A stretch of 64,000 nt of DNA from a virus, in IMG/VR virus record IMGVR_UViG_3300005805_000058, positions 1 through 64,000 of that record. One strand, 5' to 3'. Positions 1-9,362 of this stretch are shown here, piece after piece. Each line of letters opens with the position of its first letter. Position 1 is the stretch's first letter. A model generated the notes under the pieces. The model was not told where the DNA came from. It ran no database searches and saw only the letters and a list, made by a program, of their open reading frames with translations. A program made the translations under genes and the position numbers.

Positions 1-1
1 T

Positions 2-169
2 TGGGGATATATTGATGGAACTCGTCACCACTTAGGCTTTGCTAAGTCTCAGGGTATGAGCTCTGCTAACAAGTTCCCTGGTTATGAGATTTGGATGAAA
101 GATCGTTGCGATGTATTCATTGAGGATTTGTCTCGCACAGTTCTTATTGAGGAAATCCCACAGTTCTAA
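2..169 (+). CDS. Major capsid protein, C-terminal end (5'-truncated by the window)
   Basis: Open frame from position 2 reads WGYIDGTRHHLGFAKSQGMSSANKFPGYEIWMKDRCDVFIEDLSRTVLIEEIPQF* and is not in the ORF track. The ending (GY.IWM.D.C..FIED.SR..LIE) and its position ahead of the conserved crAss head/tail block fit a crAss-like HK97-fold MCP. Confidence 0.75.
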   Translation, partial: WGYIDGTRHHLGFAKSQGMSSANKFPGYEIWMKDRCDVFIEDLSRTVLIEEIPQF

Positions 170-176
170 TAACCTC

Positions 177-317
177 TCTAGAGATAGCATCTCTAGACAA
201 TTCCTACCGAGAAGAGCCCTCCTCCCTACCTCCCACCTTTGGAGGGCTCTCCTCAAACTACAGATGGATGGATTGATGCAAGTGCACAATCGCATACCCT
301 TCGATGGGAGCCATCTG
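177..317 (+). other. Structured intergenic region after the MCP (two hairpins and a possible three-way junction)
   Basis: TCTAGAGAT-AGC-ATCTCTAGA at 177-197; GAGAAGAGCCCTCC (209-222) pairs with GGAGGGCTCTCCTC (241-254); CAGATGG (261-267) pairs with CCATCTG (311-317) and encloses two inner stems. Confidence 0.55.
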
Positions 318-348
318 CAAATTAAAACCAAGTTAAAATAAACTACAT

Positions 349-1317
349 ATGGGTAAGACAGGAAAAATCTCCACTATTAAGAAGGAGTATAATAGCTCAC
401 AGTTGCAGACAATGCAAAGCGGTTTGGCTCAAAAAGGTCTAACAAGAATCCCTGGTACAGGCGTATTCAAGTATCCTTACAAAGAACTTGATGGTCAGTA
501 TAGAACAGGATTAGATCCACAAGCTGCGTACATCAGAAGAATTGGTGATTCCACTGAAAGAGAAATTGAGGTGGAACGTGTAACAGCTCTTCGTGACAAG
601 CTTCAGAATGCCCTTGGGGGTATTGATCTTGGACCACGTTCTAAGTTCTGGAACTACGGACTCTCAACTTCTACAGATGATGTATTGCATGTGCAGCCTG
701 TAAAACTTGTAGATGGTGATAATTATTTCGATCTTTCTGTTCCTCTACAGGAACTAGCTTTTGCCTGGTTACGTGTTCACCCAACTATCGCAAGCTCTTA
801 TCAAGCTTGGGAGCGTGGTGAGTTTCCAGCAGATACACAGTTCTATGTAGCTGATGAGGATATTGAAAACGCAGTGATGTTTAAGAAGAAACAACTTATC
901 AATAAAGCTATTGTTAAGTTTGATTCTATGACTCCTGAGAAGAAAAGAAAGGTTGCTCGTTTACTAGGTTTACCAGTTACAGAGGATACGAAAGAAGAAT
1001 CTGTATACAACCAAGTGGACAATCTCCTCAAACAAACAGAATTCAAGAATGGTAAATACCAGGGTTTGAATCCAGTTGAGATATTTGGAAGATTTGCAGA
1101 CATGAAGGAAAACTTACTCCATATTAAAGACTTAGTTAAGCAAGCTCTATCACATTCCGTTTACAGGGTTAAACCTAATGGAAGGATATATGAAGGTGAA
1201 TACGAAGTGGCAATTGATGAAGAGGAATTGGTAAAGTTCCTTGCAGATGAGGATAATCAAGATGAACTACTCACCCTAGAACAAAAATTAAAAAGTAAAA
1301 AATTAGCTTCTGTATGA
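349..1317 (+). CDS. Conserved crAss-like protein downstream of the MCP (assembly/structural, function unknown)
   Basis: 322-aa ORF with an A-rich upstream region, in the slot right after the MCP in Crassvirales gene order; it overlaps the next gene (ATGA). Confidence 0.65.
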   Translation: MGKTGKISTIKKEYNSSQLQTMQSGLAQKGLTRIPGTGVFKYPYKELDGQYRTGLDPQAAYIRRIGDSTEREIEVERVTALRDKLQNALGGIDLGPRSKFWNYGLSTSTDDVLHVQPVKLVDGDNYFDLSVPLQELAFAWLRVHPTIASSYQAWERGEFPADTQFYVADEDIENAVMFKKKQLINKAIVKFDSMTPEKKRKVARLLGLPVTEDTKEESVYNQVDNLLKQTEFKNGKYQGLNPVEIFGRFADMKENLLHIKDLVKQALSHSVYRVKPNGRIYEGEYEVAIDEEELVKFLADEDNQDELLTLEQKLKSKKLASV

Positions 1318-2045
1318 TACCTGTAGATAGTTTGTTGTACAAGATAGATCAGAAACTAAATAAGCTATCAACCAACGAACATCAGCAGATAGTACTAGAA
1401 GATAAGATCTTGGCTTTGAATGAAGCTCAGATTAAATTAATAAAGCAAAAGGTTGATGGTATAAGTACTGTTTCTGGTTTAGGATTGGATGCCTTTAAGA
1501 AAAGGTATGAAGATCTCCAGAGCTTGGTCGAATCTTATAATCATCAACCTCTTGATCTCACCCTACTGAATGAAGAGGTTCACCAATATGCAGCACCACT
1601 GCATATATTGGCTCCTAAGTATATGTTCTATTTAGATAGCTACATATTGGCTGATAAAGGAAGATGTAAGGATAGGGTGATATGGGTGAATAGAGATTTG
1701 GCAAAACATGGTGATTTGCAATTCATTTTGAATAACGATCATTATAAGCCATCTTTCGAATACCAAGAAACATTCAACTTCTTATCATCTGATCAGATAA
1801 GCATCTTCACAGATGGTACGTTCACACCAACTAAAATTTACATAATGTACATGAGGTATCCTCAGTACATTAACAAAGAGGGATACATCATGCTTGATGG
1901 TCTACCATCATTCAATCAAGACTGTGAGCTTGAAACATATCTAGAGGATGAACTTCTAGACTTGACAGTTCAAAACCTTGCAATGTACACCGAAAACCAG
2001 TCTGCTGTCCAGAGTTCAATCTACAGGATACAGACAAACGAATAA
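1314..2045 (+). CDS. Tail ring / head-tail adaptor protein (crAss ring-protein type)
   Basis: 243 aa. The LNEAQ N-terminal helix, Y.RYP and C-terminal CEL...L.DELLDL.V pattern are typical of crAss ring proteins; gene order agrees. Confidence 0.65.
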   Translation: MIPVDSLLYKIDQKLNKLSTNEHQQIVLEDKILALNEAQIKLIKQKVDGISTVSGLGLDAFKKRYEDLQSLVESYNHQPLDLTLLNEEVHQYAAPLHILAPKYMFYLDSYILADKGRCKDRVIWVNRDLAKHGDLQFILNNDHYKPSFEYQETFNFLSSDQISIFTDGTFTPTKIYIMYMRYPQYINKEGYIMLDGLPSFNQDCELETYLEDELLDLTVQNLAMYTENQSAVQSSIYRIQTNE

Positions 2046-2072
2046 GTTTTTTAATCATTAAAATAGCACAAA

Positions 2073-3230
2073 ATGGCTGATTTTTCATTAACTACGCTCT
2101 TCGTAGTTCCAGTAGGAAACACTCTACCTAGCTCTGGTTCTACGCAAGACTTGACCGCAGGTCAATTTGGTATCTTTAGAAGCGATTACAGTGTTGCAAA
2201 CGCTGGTAATATTGCTGCTAAACCATACTTCTATTTAGCTCAAGGTAGAACAAACACATATCTTCAAGGTTCAAAGCGTTCTGATAAGATCGCTGGTTGT
2301 ATTGATGGTACTTGTAAATCTAACGTTACTGAGTGGTACAAGGTAAGTGGTTGTCCTCTTCCTGCTACTCAAGTAACAGATGTATCTGGTTGGAATGTAC
2401 AGTGTGGTGATATCGTAACACTTACACTTCGTGCACACTCTTCTTACCTAGATACTTTGTATTTCAATGGTTTCACTCGCTCTGTAACAGTTCAAGCTCC
2501 TTGTTGTGAGTGTGGTGGTGACCCTTGTGTTAATGTTGATGTACCTGCATTGATTGATCAGTTCATCTATCAATTGACTCTTCAGGCTCCTGGTAACAAC
2601 CCAGACAACATCAACTTCAACGATTTCTATCAATTCCAAAGAATTGGTAACGATGCAAACGCTATTCTCCGTATTTCTGGTAAGCCTCTTACCAAGTATG
2701 GTCAGCCTTGTGATGTTGCTGCATTCCCTTGGGAGTATGACAGAATGTGGTTCCGTACTTTCGTGTACAGTGGACCAGCTACTACTGCTGACTTCATCGT
2801 AGCAGATGCTTGTAACATTGTTGCTGATGCTCAAGTTGTTCAGCGTGCTTCTTATCCTTCAGGTACTTCTGATGAGATTAAGCAGCTCGAGAAGAACTTC
2901 TATAGCTATCAAGCAGGTTACTTGAAGCATCTTTACAGAATGGTAGGTTACAACGAGAACTTTGAGTCTTGGGTTTCTGATGGTACCACCTATGATACCT
3001 ACTACATCAAGTTCAACGAATATGACAAATCTGCTTATTCTTGGGGTGACTACATCAAAGAAGACAGCATGGTGATCATTGCTGCTCCTCAAGCTTTGAG
3101 TGCTGCAATTCAAGCTGTTCTTGAAGCTGGTCTTGGTTCTGTTGCTGATGATAATGCTTGTGTAAGCACTACATCTACAACTACCACTGTATGGCCTACA
3201 ACTTCAAGCACTACCACTCTTATTCCTTAA
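2073..3230 (+). CDS. Auxiliary capsid (decoration) protein-like structural protein with a C-terminal Thr-rich tail
   Basis: 385 aa with highly-expressed-type codon bias (GCT/ACT/TTC/AAC), followed by a terminator-like hairpin. Position matches the crAss auxiliary capsid protein. It ends STTSTTTTVWPTTSSTTTLIP. Confidence 0.6.
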   Translation: MADFSLTTLFVVPVGNTLPSSGSTQDLTAGQFGIFRSDYSVANAGNIAAKPYFYLAQGRTNTYLQGSKRSDKIAGCIDGTCKSNVTEWYKVSGCPLPATQVTDVSGWNVQCGDIVTLTLRAHSSYLDTLYFNGFTRSVTVQAPCCECGGDPCVNVDVPALIDQFIYQLTLQAPGNNPDNINFNDFYQFQRIGNDANAILRISGKPLTKYGQPCDVAAFPWEYDRMWFRTFVYSGPATTADFIVADACNIVADAQVVQRASYPSGTSDEIKQLEKNFYSYQAGYLKHLYRMVGYNENFESWVSDGTTYDTYYIKFNEYDKSAYSWGDYIKEDSMVIIAAPQALSAAIQAVLEAGLGSVADDNACVSTTSTTTTVWPTTSSTTTLIP

Positions 3231-3258
3231 TAAGCGGTAGAAACAATATCATATAACC

Positions 3259-3307
3259 TAAGCCAGAGGGTGAGAGGATCTTCTCAAATCCTCTGGCTTA
3301 TTTATTT
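3259..3307 (+). terminator. Intrinsic terminator-like hairpin
   Basis: TAAGCCAGAGG (3259-3269) pairs with CCTCTGGCTTA (3290-3300), with an inner TGAGA/TCTCA stem, followed by TTTATTT. Confidence 0.6.
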
Positions 3308-3315
3308 AGAAGAAC

Positions 3316-3879
3316 ATGGCAGACTTGAAATTAGATTTTTTAGTAATTCCTACATACAATGTACAAACGTTGGGTATTGCTGATGCATCAACTTACCCAC
3401 CAGCTCCTCCTGTTAGTGCTCCTACAATAGAGATAGATGTTCCAGGATTTGGTTTAGTCAGCCTTCCGTTTAACATAAATGATTTCAACATTTACACTTC
3501 TGCTTCATTAGGAATCACTGCAGTGGGTGATCCATTGCTACCAATTCCTGATGGGGTTTATTATATTAAATATTCTGTTGCTCCTGCATATCAGAACTTT
3601 GTACAGAAAACAATCATGCGTGTTGATCAACTTCAAGAGAAGTTTGACAGTGCGTTTATGAAGCTCGATATGATGGAATGTGATGCAGCTATTAGAAAAC
3701 AACAGATGGTGGATCTAAACAGCATCTATTATTTCATACAAGGATCTATTGCTGCTGCAAACAACTGTGCTGTTGATACAGCCAATAAGCTGTACAATCA
3801 AGCAAATAAGATGTTAAACCAATTCATAGCAAATAGATGTAATTGCTATGGTAACAATTATGTAAACAATTTCTATTAA
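3316..3879 (+). CDS. Tail hub-like structural protein
   Basis: 187 aa with an IPDGVYYIKYSV motif and a Cys-containing helical C-terminus; located in the crAss tail-hub slot. Confidence 0.5.
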   Translation: MADLKLDFLVIPTYNVQTLGIADASTYPPAPPVSAPTIEIDVPGFGLVSLPFNINDFNIYTSASLGITAVGDPLLPIPDGVYYIKYSVAPAYQNFVQKTIMRVDQLQEKFDSAFMKLDMMECDAAIRKQQMVDLNSIYYFIQGSIAAANNCAVDTANKLYNQANKMLNQFIANRCNCYGNNYVNNFY

Positions 3880-3880
3880 T

Positions 3881-4024
3881 ATGGCAAACTGTAGAAACTG
3901 CGGTGTTAAGGTGGGATGTGGCTGTCAGTTGATAAACGGATTATGCTCAGCCTGTAACAACGCTATTAAACAAGCTAATAAAAGAATAAAGAATGTTATA
4001 TCCAAGGCTTACAAATTGCGTTGA
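3881..4024 (+). CDS. Small Cys-rich protein (47 aa), possibly Zn-binding
   Basis: Not in the ORF track. ATG lies 1 nt after the preceding stop; reads MANCRNCGVKVGCGCQLINGLCSACNNAIKQANKRIKNVISKAYKLR* (CxxC, CxC, CxxC) and fills the gap. Confidence 0.7.
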   Translation: MANCRNCGVKVGCGCQLINGLCSACNNAIKQANKRIKNVISKAYKLR

Positions 4025-4259
4025 TTGTTCTAGCATACCTGTACTACTTGCAGACATTGATTGCAAGCTTACAGAGTTGGCTAATAACGAATATAACAAT
4101 ATTGTGTTTCAATTAAACTGGCCTGTTCCAGGAACAGTGATTTGGGATCTTCTGAACTACAAGAGAATACTCACTTACAAGTATTGTAGCCCAGAATATG
4201 CTGCATCATATTCCGTGGAAAGAATAGCTAGTAGAGTTAAAATATTAATCAATAAATAA
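3993..4259 (+). CDS. Small structural/hypothetical protein
   Basis: 88-aa ORF in the operon with CxxC near the N-terminus. Confidence 0.6.
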   Translation: MLYPRLTNCVDCSSIPVLLADIDCKLTELANNEYNNIVFQLNWPVPGTVIWDLLNYKRILTYKYCSPEYAASYSVERIASRVKILINK

Positions 4260-4268
4260 ATTATACAA

Positions 4269-5408
4269 ATGTCTTGTTCAAACTGTTACAATGGATGTAC
4301 TGAGATTGTCTCAGATAAATGTGTGAGATACACAGGATTAGATGTTCCTGCACTAGGGATACAAAACGGAGATTCTCTCAACTTTGTAGAGGCATCTTTG
4401 ATTGAGTTTCTTACATCCACTTTAAATGGTGTAGGAATTAAACCTATTGTTGATCCTCTAATCATCTGCAACCTCGTTCAACAATATCTTCCTGAGTGTG
4501 GTGAGTTTACATTAAATGACTACATTACAGCTCTCATCAGAGCTGCTTGTGATCTACAGGTGCAGGTTGACGCTATAGCTGCTGATCTACTTGTATTAAA
4601 TGCTGATTATGATGTAGACTGTTTAACAGGCGTTATATCTTCTTCAGACACACACGCTGTTCTTCAGGCTGTTATTACAAAGCTCTGTGACATAGATGTA
4701 GACCTTGCAGCTCTTGCTCTAGATGTTGATACCAACTATGTAAAGCTTGCAGACCTTAACAGTTTGATTGCTGCTTACATTGCTAGTACAACTGTATCTA
4801 GCACTAAGAATTTTACTAAAATGGTTCCTTATACAGTGGTTGAATATTATGGATCACTCACAGGAAACTTTGATGTAACAGGTGCTGGTATTGTTGGAAC
4901 TGACTGGGAAAAAATCTACCTCTGTAATGGATTAAATGGCACTCCTGATAAGCGTGGTAGAGTGGGTGTTGGTGCTATTGTTGGTGTAGGTGGTGGAGCT
5001 ATGAATCCAGTGGTGGATCCAGCAACTCCTACAAACCCCAACTATGCTCTTAACACCACAGCTGGTGCAAACACTGTAACCCTTAACACTTCTCAAATAC
5101 CTTCACACACGCACGTAGCTAGTGTGACAGATCCTGGACATGATCACTTTGTTTTAGCAAATGACAACGCTGCAGCAATACCTTTTACAGCTGGCCCAAC
5201 TTCTACAGCACCTGTTTCTTCTTATGTAGACCTATCTGGAAACTTTAGCTATAGAACAGGAACAAGTGCTTTAACAGCTGCAACAGTTGGTTTATCTAGT
5301 ACTGACACTACAGGAATTAGTGTTACTAATGCTACTGCTGGTAGTGGTGGTGCACACAGCAACATTCAGCCTGTTCTTGCTTGCTACTACATAATGTACA
5401 TTCCTTAA
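4269..5408 (+). CDS. Tail fibre with a phage tail-collar domain
   Basis: Cys-rich N-terminal module (CVRYTG...GDSL), a coiled coil, then LCNG.NGTPD.RGRV.VG, L...QIPSHTH and HSNIQP.LA..YIM, the tail-collar/short-fibre signature. Confidence 0.8.
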   Translation: MSCSNCYNGCTEIVSDKCVRYTGLDVPALGIQNGDSLNFVEASLIEFLTSTLNGVGIKPIVDPLIICNLVQQYLPECGEFTLNDYITALIRAACDLQVQVDAIAADLLVLNADYDVDCLTGVISSSDTHAVLQAVITKLCDIDVDLAALALDVDTNYVKLADLNSLIAAYIASTTVSSTKNFTKMVPYTVVEYYGSLTGNFDVTGAGIVGTDWEKIYLCNGLNGTPDKRGRVGVGAIVGVGGGAMNPVVDPATPTNPNYALNTTAGANTVTLNTSQIPSHTHVASVTDPGHDHFVLANDNAAAIPFTAGPTSTAPVSSYVDLSGNFSYRTGTSALTAATVGLSSTDTTGISVTNATAGSGGAHSNIQPVLACYYIMYIP

Positions 5409-5426
5409 CAAATAAACTCTAAATAA

Positions 5427-5756
5427 ATGGCATGTGTTCCAGGTTCACCATGTAATCCATTGGTTGTCAACACTGTATATCCAAAAAAGTGTAACAACGG
5501 ATGGTTTGCTGGCTATCCAATATCAACAAATCTAATCTGTTACAATGGTCCTACACTACCTAATTCAGGAGTGGAAACTGGTGACGATTTGAATGTTGTT
5601 CTAGAAAAGCTCGATAATGAGCTAGATCCTCTTATTTTAGCTCAAACCTTATTACAAACAATTGCAACAAATGTTTCTCTCCTTACAGCTTTCTGTGAGA
5701 TTGCAAACGGTTGTCTAGCTTATACAACAACCACCACAACCACTGTTGCTCCATAA
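5427..5756 (+). CDS. Short fibre-like protein: Cys attachment module plus poly-Thr tail
   Basis: 109 aa; ICYNGPTL...GVETGDDLNVVLEKLD; ends YTTTTTTTVAP. Confidence 0.65.
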   Translation: MACVPGSPCNPLVVNTVYPKKCNNGWFAGYPISTNLICYNGPTLPNSGVETGDDLNVVLEKLDNELDPLILAQTLLQTIATNVSLLTAFCEIANGCLAYTTTTTTTVAP

Positions 5757-5793
5757 ATTATCAAAAACCCTGTTTTGTTGGTTTTACAGGGTA

Positions 5794-5827
5794 TCTCCTG
5801 GGGTTTTTACCCTGGGAGTTTTTGTTT
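5794..5827 (+). terminator. Intrinsic terminator
   Basis: CTCCTGGGGT-TTTT-ACCCTGGGAG hairpin (with G-U pairs) followed by TTTTTGTTT; a second stem, ACCCTGT/ACAGGGT, lies just upstream. Confidence 0.7.
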
Positions 5828-5833
5828 AAATTA

Positions 5834-5909
5834 TAACCAAGTTGGTTATTACAGATAATCTATTTGGTTAAATAAATTTGGAGAATTTCAAAAATTGTTC
5901 GTACCTTTA
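5834..5909 (+). promoter_or_regulatory. Bacteroidota-type housekeeping promoter with tandem palindromic boxes upstream
   Basis: TTTG (5877-5880), 21 nt, TACCTTTA (5902-5909), close to the TTTG-N19-21-TAnnTTTG consensus. Boxes TAACCAAGTTGGTTA (5834-5848) and TAATCTATTTGGTTA (5856-5870) lie upstream. Confidence 0.55.
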
Positions 5910-5936
5910 CTGTAATTTTAACTAAAATCTAGTCCA

Positions 5937-7187
5937 ATGGTAGGAAACCAGCATCTCTTAGAACAGTTGCAACAAATGCTAAACTGGAAGAAAGGTAAGA
6001 AGTTTTACGCAGAGAAATTAGGAATTACAGAAGATGAGGTGGATGCGTTATTAAAGGAAATTAGAAAAAGTGAGGTGGTGAGGAATGAGGCAGAAGTTTC
6101 ACATTACATCGATCAGCTTGAAGAAGCTGTTGTAAGGTTTGAAGAAGATTTAATTAAGGGCACAGGTGAGATAGTGTTCAATAGCCCAGAAGAGATTCGT
6201 TCTCTGGAGGATCTCATTGAAAAGTGTAAGATTGACACAAACAAATGGGAAATAACTAAATACGTCCAGAACTACTGGGGTAATGGTGAAAACCCACATT
6301 GGCAAGTGAAAGCTTGGCTTGGTAAGAAAACTGATGGTCAAGTGTTTCAAAATGCTTTTGTAGATTTCTTAAATGAATACAAACCATGTTCTCCAGACAT
6401 TGTTGCTCCTAAATATAATGCTGGAAAAGACAACGCATGTCTTGTGATTAACAAGCAAGACTCACACCTTAACAAGTATGACGTTTATGGTGATAACAAC
6501 ATAAACAATAGATTTGGTGGCATCCTTGAGAAGGTGGAAATAATTTTGAACCAAGCTACTCTGTCAAATAATCTCGATAAGGTAATTTACATCATTGGAT
6601 CGGATGAGTTCAATAGTGAGTTTACAAACACCACAACAAAAGGAACTCCACAAACTAACATCCTACCGTATCATGAATCCTTCCAAAGGATCTGTGAATA
6701 TGAAGTTCAAATGATCTCTCTCCTCTTACAAAACGCATCTGAAATAGATGTTGTATATGTAGCAGGAAATCACGATGAGTATGTAGGATGGCACCTAATA
6801 ACATGGTTGCAAACCTACTTCAGAAACACTGATAGACTAACCTTTGATTGTTCTCCTAGATATAGAAAATACATAAGCTTTGGAGAAAGTGCGTTGATGT
6901 TCAACCATGGAGATGCATTAAAGCCAGCAAAACTAGCTGCCATCTTCCCAATGGAATTTAGAGATGAATGGTCCTATCACAACAACTTCTACATATTCAC
7001 AGGAGACAAACATCATGAGTTAAGTCAGGATTTTAATGGAATCAAGTTTTACCAAATTCCAGCTTTCTCTAGTGCTAAGAGTTCATGGGATGAAAAGAAT
7101 GGATACACGTGTGCGAAGGCTGAAGTGACTGCATTTCTTATAGAAGAAGAGAACGGAATGACAAACATATTCAAACAATATTTATAA
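5937..7187 (+). CDS. N-terminal HTH plus calcineurin-like metallophosphoesterase
   Basis: Motifs D.H (QDSHL), GSDEFN, GNHD, HGD and GDKHH; N-terminal AEKLGITEDEV is HTH-like. Confidence 0.85.
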   Translation: MVGNQHLLEQLQQMLNWKKGKKFYAEKLGITEDEVDALLKEIRKSEVVRNEAEVSHYIDQLEEAVVRFEEDLIKGTGEIVFNSPEEIRSLEDLIEKCKIDTNKWEITKYVQNYWGNGENPHWQVKAWLGKKTDGQVFQNAFVDFLNEYKPCSPDIVAPKYNAGKDNACLVINKQDSHLNKYDVYGDNNINNRFGGILEKVEIILNQATLSNNLDKVIYIIGSDEFNSEFTNTTTKGTPQTNILPYHESFQRICEYEVQMISLLLQNASEIDVVYVAGNHDEYVGWHLITWLQTYFRNTDRLTFDCSPRYRKYISFGESALMFNHGDALKPAKLAAIFPMEFRDEWSYHNNFYIFTGDKHHELSQDFNGIKFYQIPAFSSAKSSWDEKNGYTCAKAEVTAFLIEEENGMTNIFKQYL

Positions 7188-7912
7188 TGTCAACATTAAG
7201 AAAATTAGTTTCAGATGTACGCTCAATGCATAAGTTGTTGTCAACAGACACACTTATCACTGACAGAGCTATTGCATCTGAAGTTAAGAACAATGCTCTT
7301 TTATTGATTAAGAGAGAAACAAATCTCAGAAAGCTTTGGGCTACTGACACCTTGTTTACCACCATTCCTTGTTTAGAGATGGTGGAGGTTCCTATTTCTG
7401 AATGTTGTGACTTTGCAGATCCTTGTACTGTCTCAAGGAGCAAGTACAAACTCCCTCGTATAGCAGAAGGTAACTATCAATACATCATTCAAGGTGTATA
7501 TTCTATCAATGCTATGAGTGGAAGAGGAACCAAGTTTAAGGAAATCACAGTGAACAGATATGTTAACTTGATTAAGCTTCCAATTATAAAAAGAGAAACT
7601 TACTACTGGATAATGAATGGATATCTATACGTTAGCAATCCACTTCTTCAGACAGTGAGGATCTCTGCTCTTTTCGAGGAAGATGTTCCTAATGAGATAA
7701 TGTTTCCAGAATGTGATTGTGGAAAAGAATATACAAATGAAGAATGGTGCAAGAATCCATTGGATAAACCATATGCTGTACCTGGGTACTTAGAGAAGCA
7801 AGTTCTAGAACTCACTTCACAAAAATTGTTAGCAACATATTTCAGAATTAAAACAGATATGACCCAGGATGGCGTAGATGGTCAAGCACCAAATGCTAAA
7901 CCAACTAGCTAA
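7187..7912 (+). CDS. Tail ring protein (crAss-like)
   Basis: 241 aa with CLEMVEV...CC, S.YKLP, YLYV.N and ALFE; TAATG-coupled and located just before the IHF-like gene, as in Crassvirales. Confidence 0.65.
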   Translation: MSTLRKLVSDVRSMHKLLSTDTLITDRAIASEVKNNALLLIKRETNLRKLWATDTLFTTIPCLEMVEVPISECCDFADPCTVSRSKYKLPRIAEGNYQYIIQGVYSINAMSGRGTKFKEITVNRYVNLIKLPIIKRETYYWIMNGYLYVSNPLLQTVRISALFEEDVPNEIMFPECDCGKEYTNEEWCKNPLDKPYAVPGYLEKQVLELTSQKLLATYFRIKTDMTQDGVDGQAPNAKPTS

Positions 7913-8388
7913 TGAGAGTAAAAATAGACTGGAGAAGTTCAAGTAGAGAAAACTACAACAACTTCTGTAAGAAGCATCCTGAGATGAAGATATCATTTGA
8001 TGAGTGGAAAAACATTGTTTACACTTTCAACGAGTCTTTCAAGAATTACATATTAGAAACTGGAGAGCGAGCAAAGCTCCCTTTTGGATTTGGTGAGTTT
8101 TCTATCAACAAGAAGAAAAGAAAAAAGATGAAGGATGTTGATGGAAAAGAGTTTGTCAATCTTCCTATAGATTGGCAAAGAACCAAAGAGAAGGGAAAGG
8201 TGATATACAACTTCAACTATCATACAGAAGGTTACTTCTTTGGATGGGTGTGGTTTAAAGAAACAGCTAGGCTCAAGCATACAGATCTTTGGTACTTCAA
8301 ACCATCAAGGACCACCTCCAGACTTCTATCCCACTACATAAAAACCAACGACAAATATCAACATATTTATCGTGAATGGAAAAAATAA
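7912..8388 (+). CDS. IHF/HU-like DNA-binding protein (crAss type)
   Basis: Basic 158-aa protein with KLPFGFGEFSI.K, IDW..T, HT.GY and FKPSR motifs; conserved position before the tail tubular protein. Confidence 0.75.
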   Translation: MRVKIDWRSSSRENYNNFCKKHPEMKISFDEWKNIVYTFNESFKNYILETGERAKLPFGFGEFSINKKKRKKMKDVDGKEFVNLPIDWQRTKEKGKVIYNFNYHTEGYFFGWVWFKETARLKHTDLWYFKPSRTTSRLLSHYIKTNDKYQHIYREWKK

Positions 8389-8393
8389 TATAG

Positions 8394-9362
8394 ATGTCAA
8401 ATTACTATAAGTATAACTTTATCAGCCCTGAACCAGTTTATTCCACTGTTAAGGAGGAACTTAAATCCTACTTCGATACAGGAGCAATAGATGACTTGAT
8501 GTTCCCCACCTATCTAGACAAATGTCTTAGAAAGTTGGGAAGAGCAACTTATGTAATTAGCGAGCAAATCTTGTACATTGAAGACTTTGAAGCTAGGCTT
8601 CCAGATAACTTCTTTGCTGCAAGAGAAGCGTGGATGTGTACAGAGATTCCTCAAGATCCTTACAGAACACCAAACTCTTTTTATTCTCAAGCAGCAGACC
8701 AAACCACTATTCAGGTGAGTCCTGTTATTTCTGGAGGTCAGCCTTGTACCAATTTAAATTGTACAACAGGATGCCCTGAATGTATGCCTGAACTCATACA
8801 AGCTGTATATAAGACTAATCAACAAATGACAAGATCTTTCCAAAGATCATATTTGTTGAAACCAGGAACAATATCTGCACAAGGTAATTGTGACGTTAGT
8901 TATACAGATGCTTGGGAGTTCGTGAGTGCTCCTGCACCATTACATGAATTCACTCCTGGATCTGCAGGATATGATTCATTTGACATCAGAGGTAACAAGT
9001 TTGTTACCAACTTCAGAAATGGTGTTGTACATCTCATATTCTATTCTACAGCATACGATGGTGTTGGTAATCAAATGATTCCAGATAACTATCGTATCAG
9101 AGAGTATGTAGAAGCATTCATAAAATATAAAGTTTTTGAAACTCTAGCAAATCAAATAAACGATGAAACGTTTGATCAAATTCAAAAGAAGTTAGGTTAC
9201 TATAAGAACCTCTCTGACGAAGCTTTCATAATGGCAGACATTGAGATTAAGAAACAAGATGCCTGGACTAAGCAACGCAGAATTAAGAATGACCTTAACA
9301 GGTTTAATATGTATGAACTTCCAAACAGAGTAGGTAGATATGGCTGGAGAAGGAACAACTAA
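8394..9362 (+). CDS. Tail tubular protein (P22 gp4-like ring protein)
   Basis: 322 aa with A.LP.NF, TNF..G.V...Y and G..MIPD motifs, lying between the IHF-like and muzzle genes. Confidence 0.7.
   Translation: MSNYYKYNFISPEPVYSTVKEELKSYFDTGAIDDLMFPTYLDKCLRKLGRATYVISEQILYIEDFEARLPDNFFAAREAWMCTEIPQDPYRTPNSFYSQAADQTTIQVSPVISGGQPCTNLNCTTGCPECMPELIQAVYKTNQQMTRSFQRSYLLKPGTISAQGNCDVSYTDAWEFVSAPAPLHEFTPGSAGYDSFDIRGNKFVTNFRNGVVHLIFYSTAYDGVGNQMIPDNYRIREYVEAFIKYKVFETLANQINDETFDQIQKKLGYYKNLSDEAFIMADIEIKKQDAWTKQRRIKNDLNRFNMYELPNRVGRYGWRRNN

Noticed and set aside
111-341. 76-aa ORF and the antisense 32-331 ORF
   Set aside because: They overlap the MCP C-terminus in another frame and run through the hairpin region; the sequence is not protein-like.
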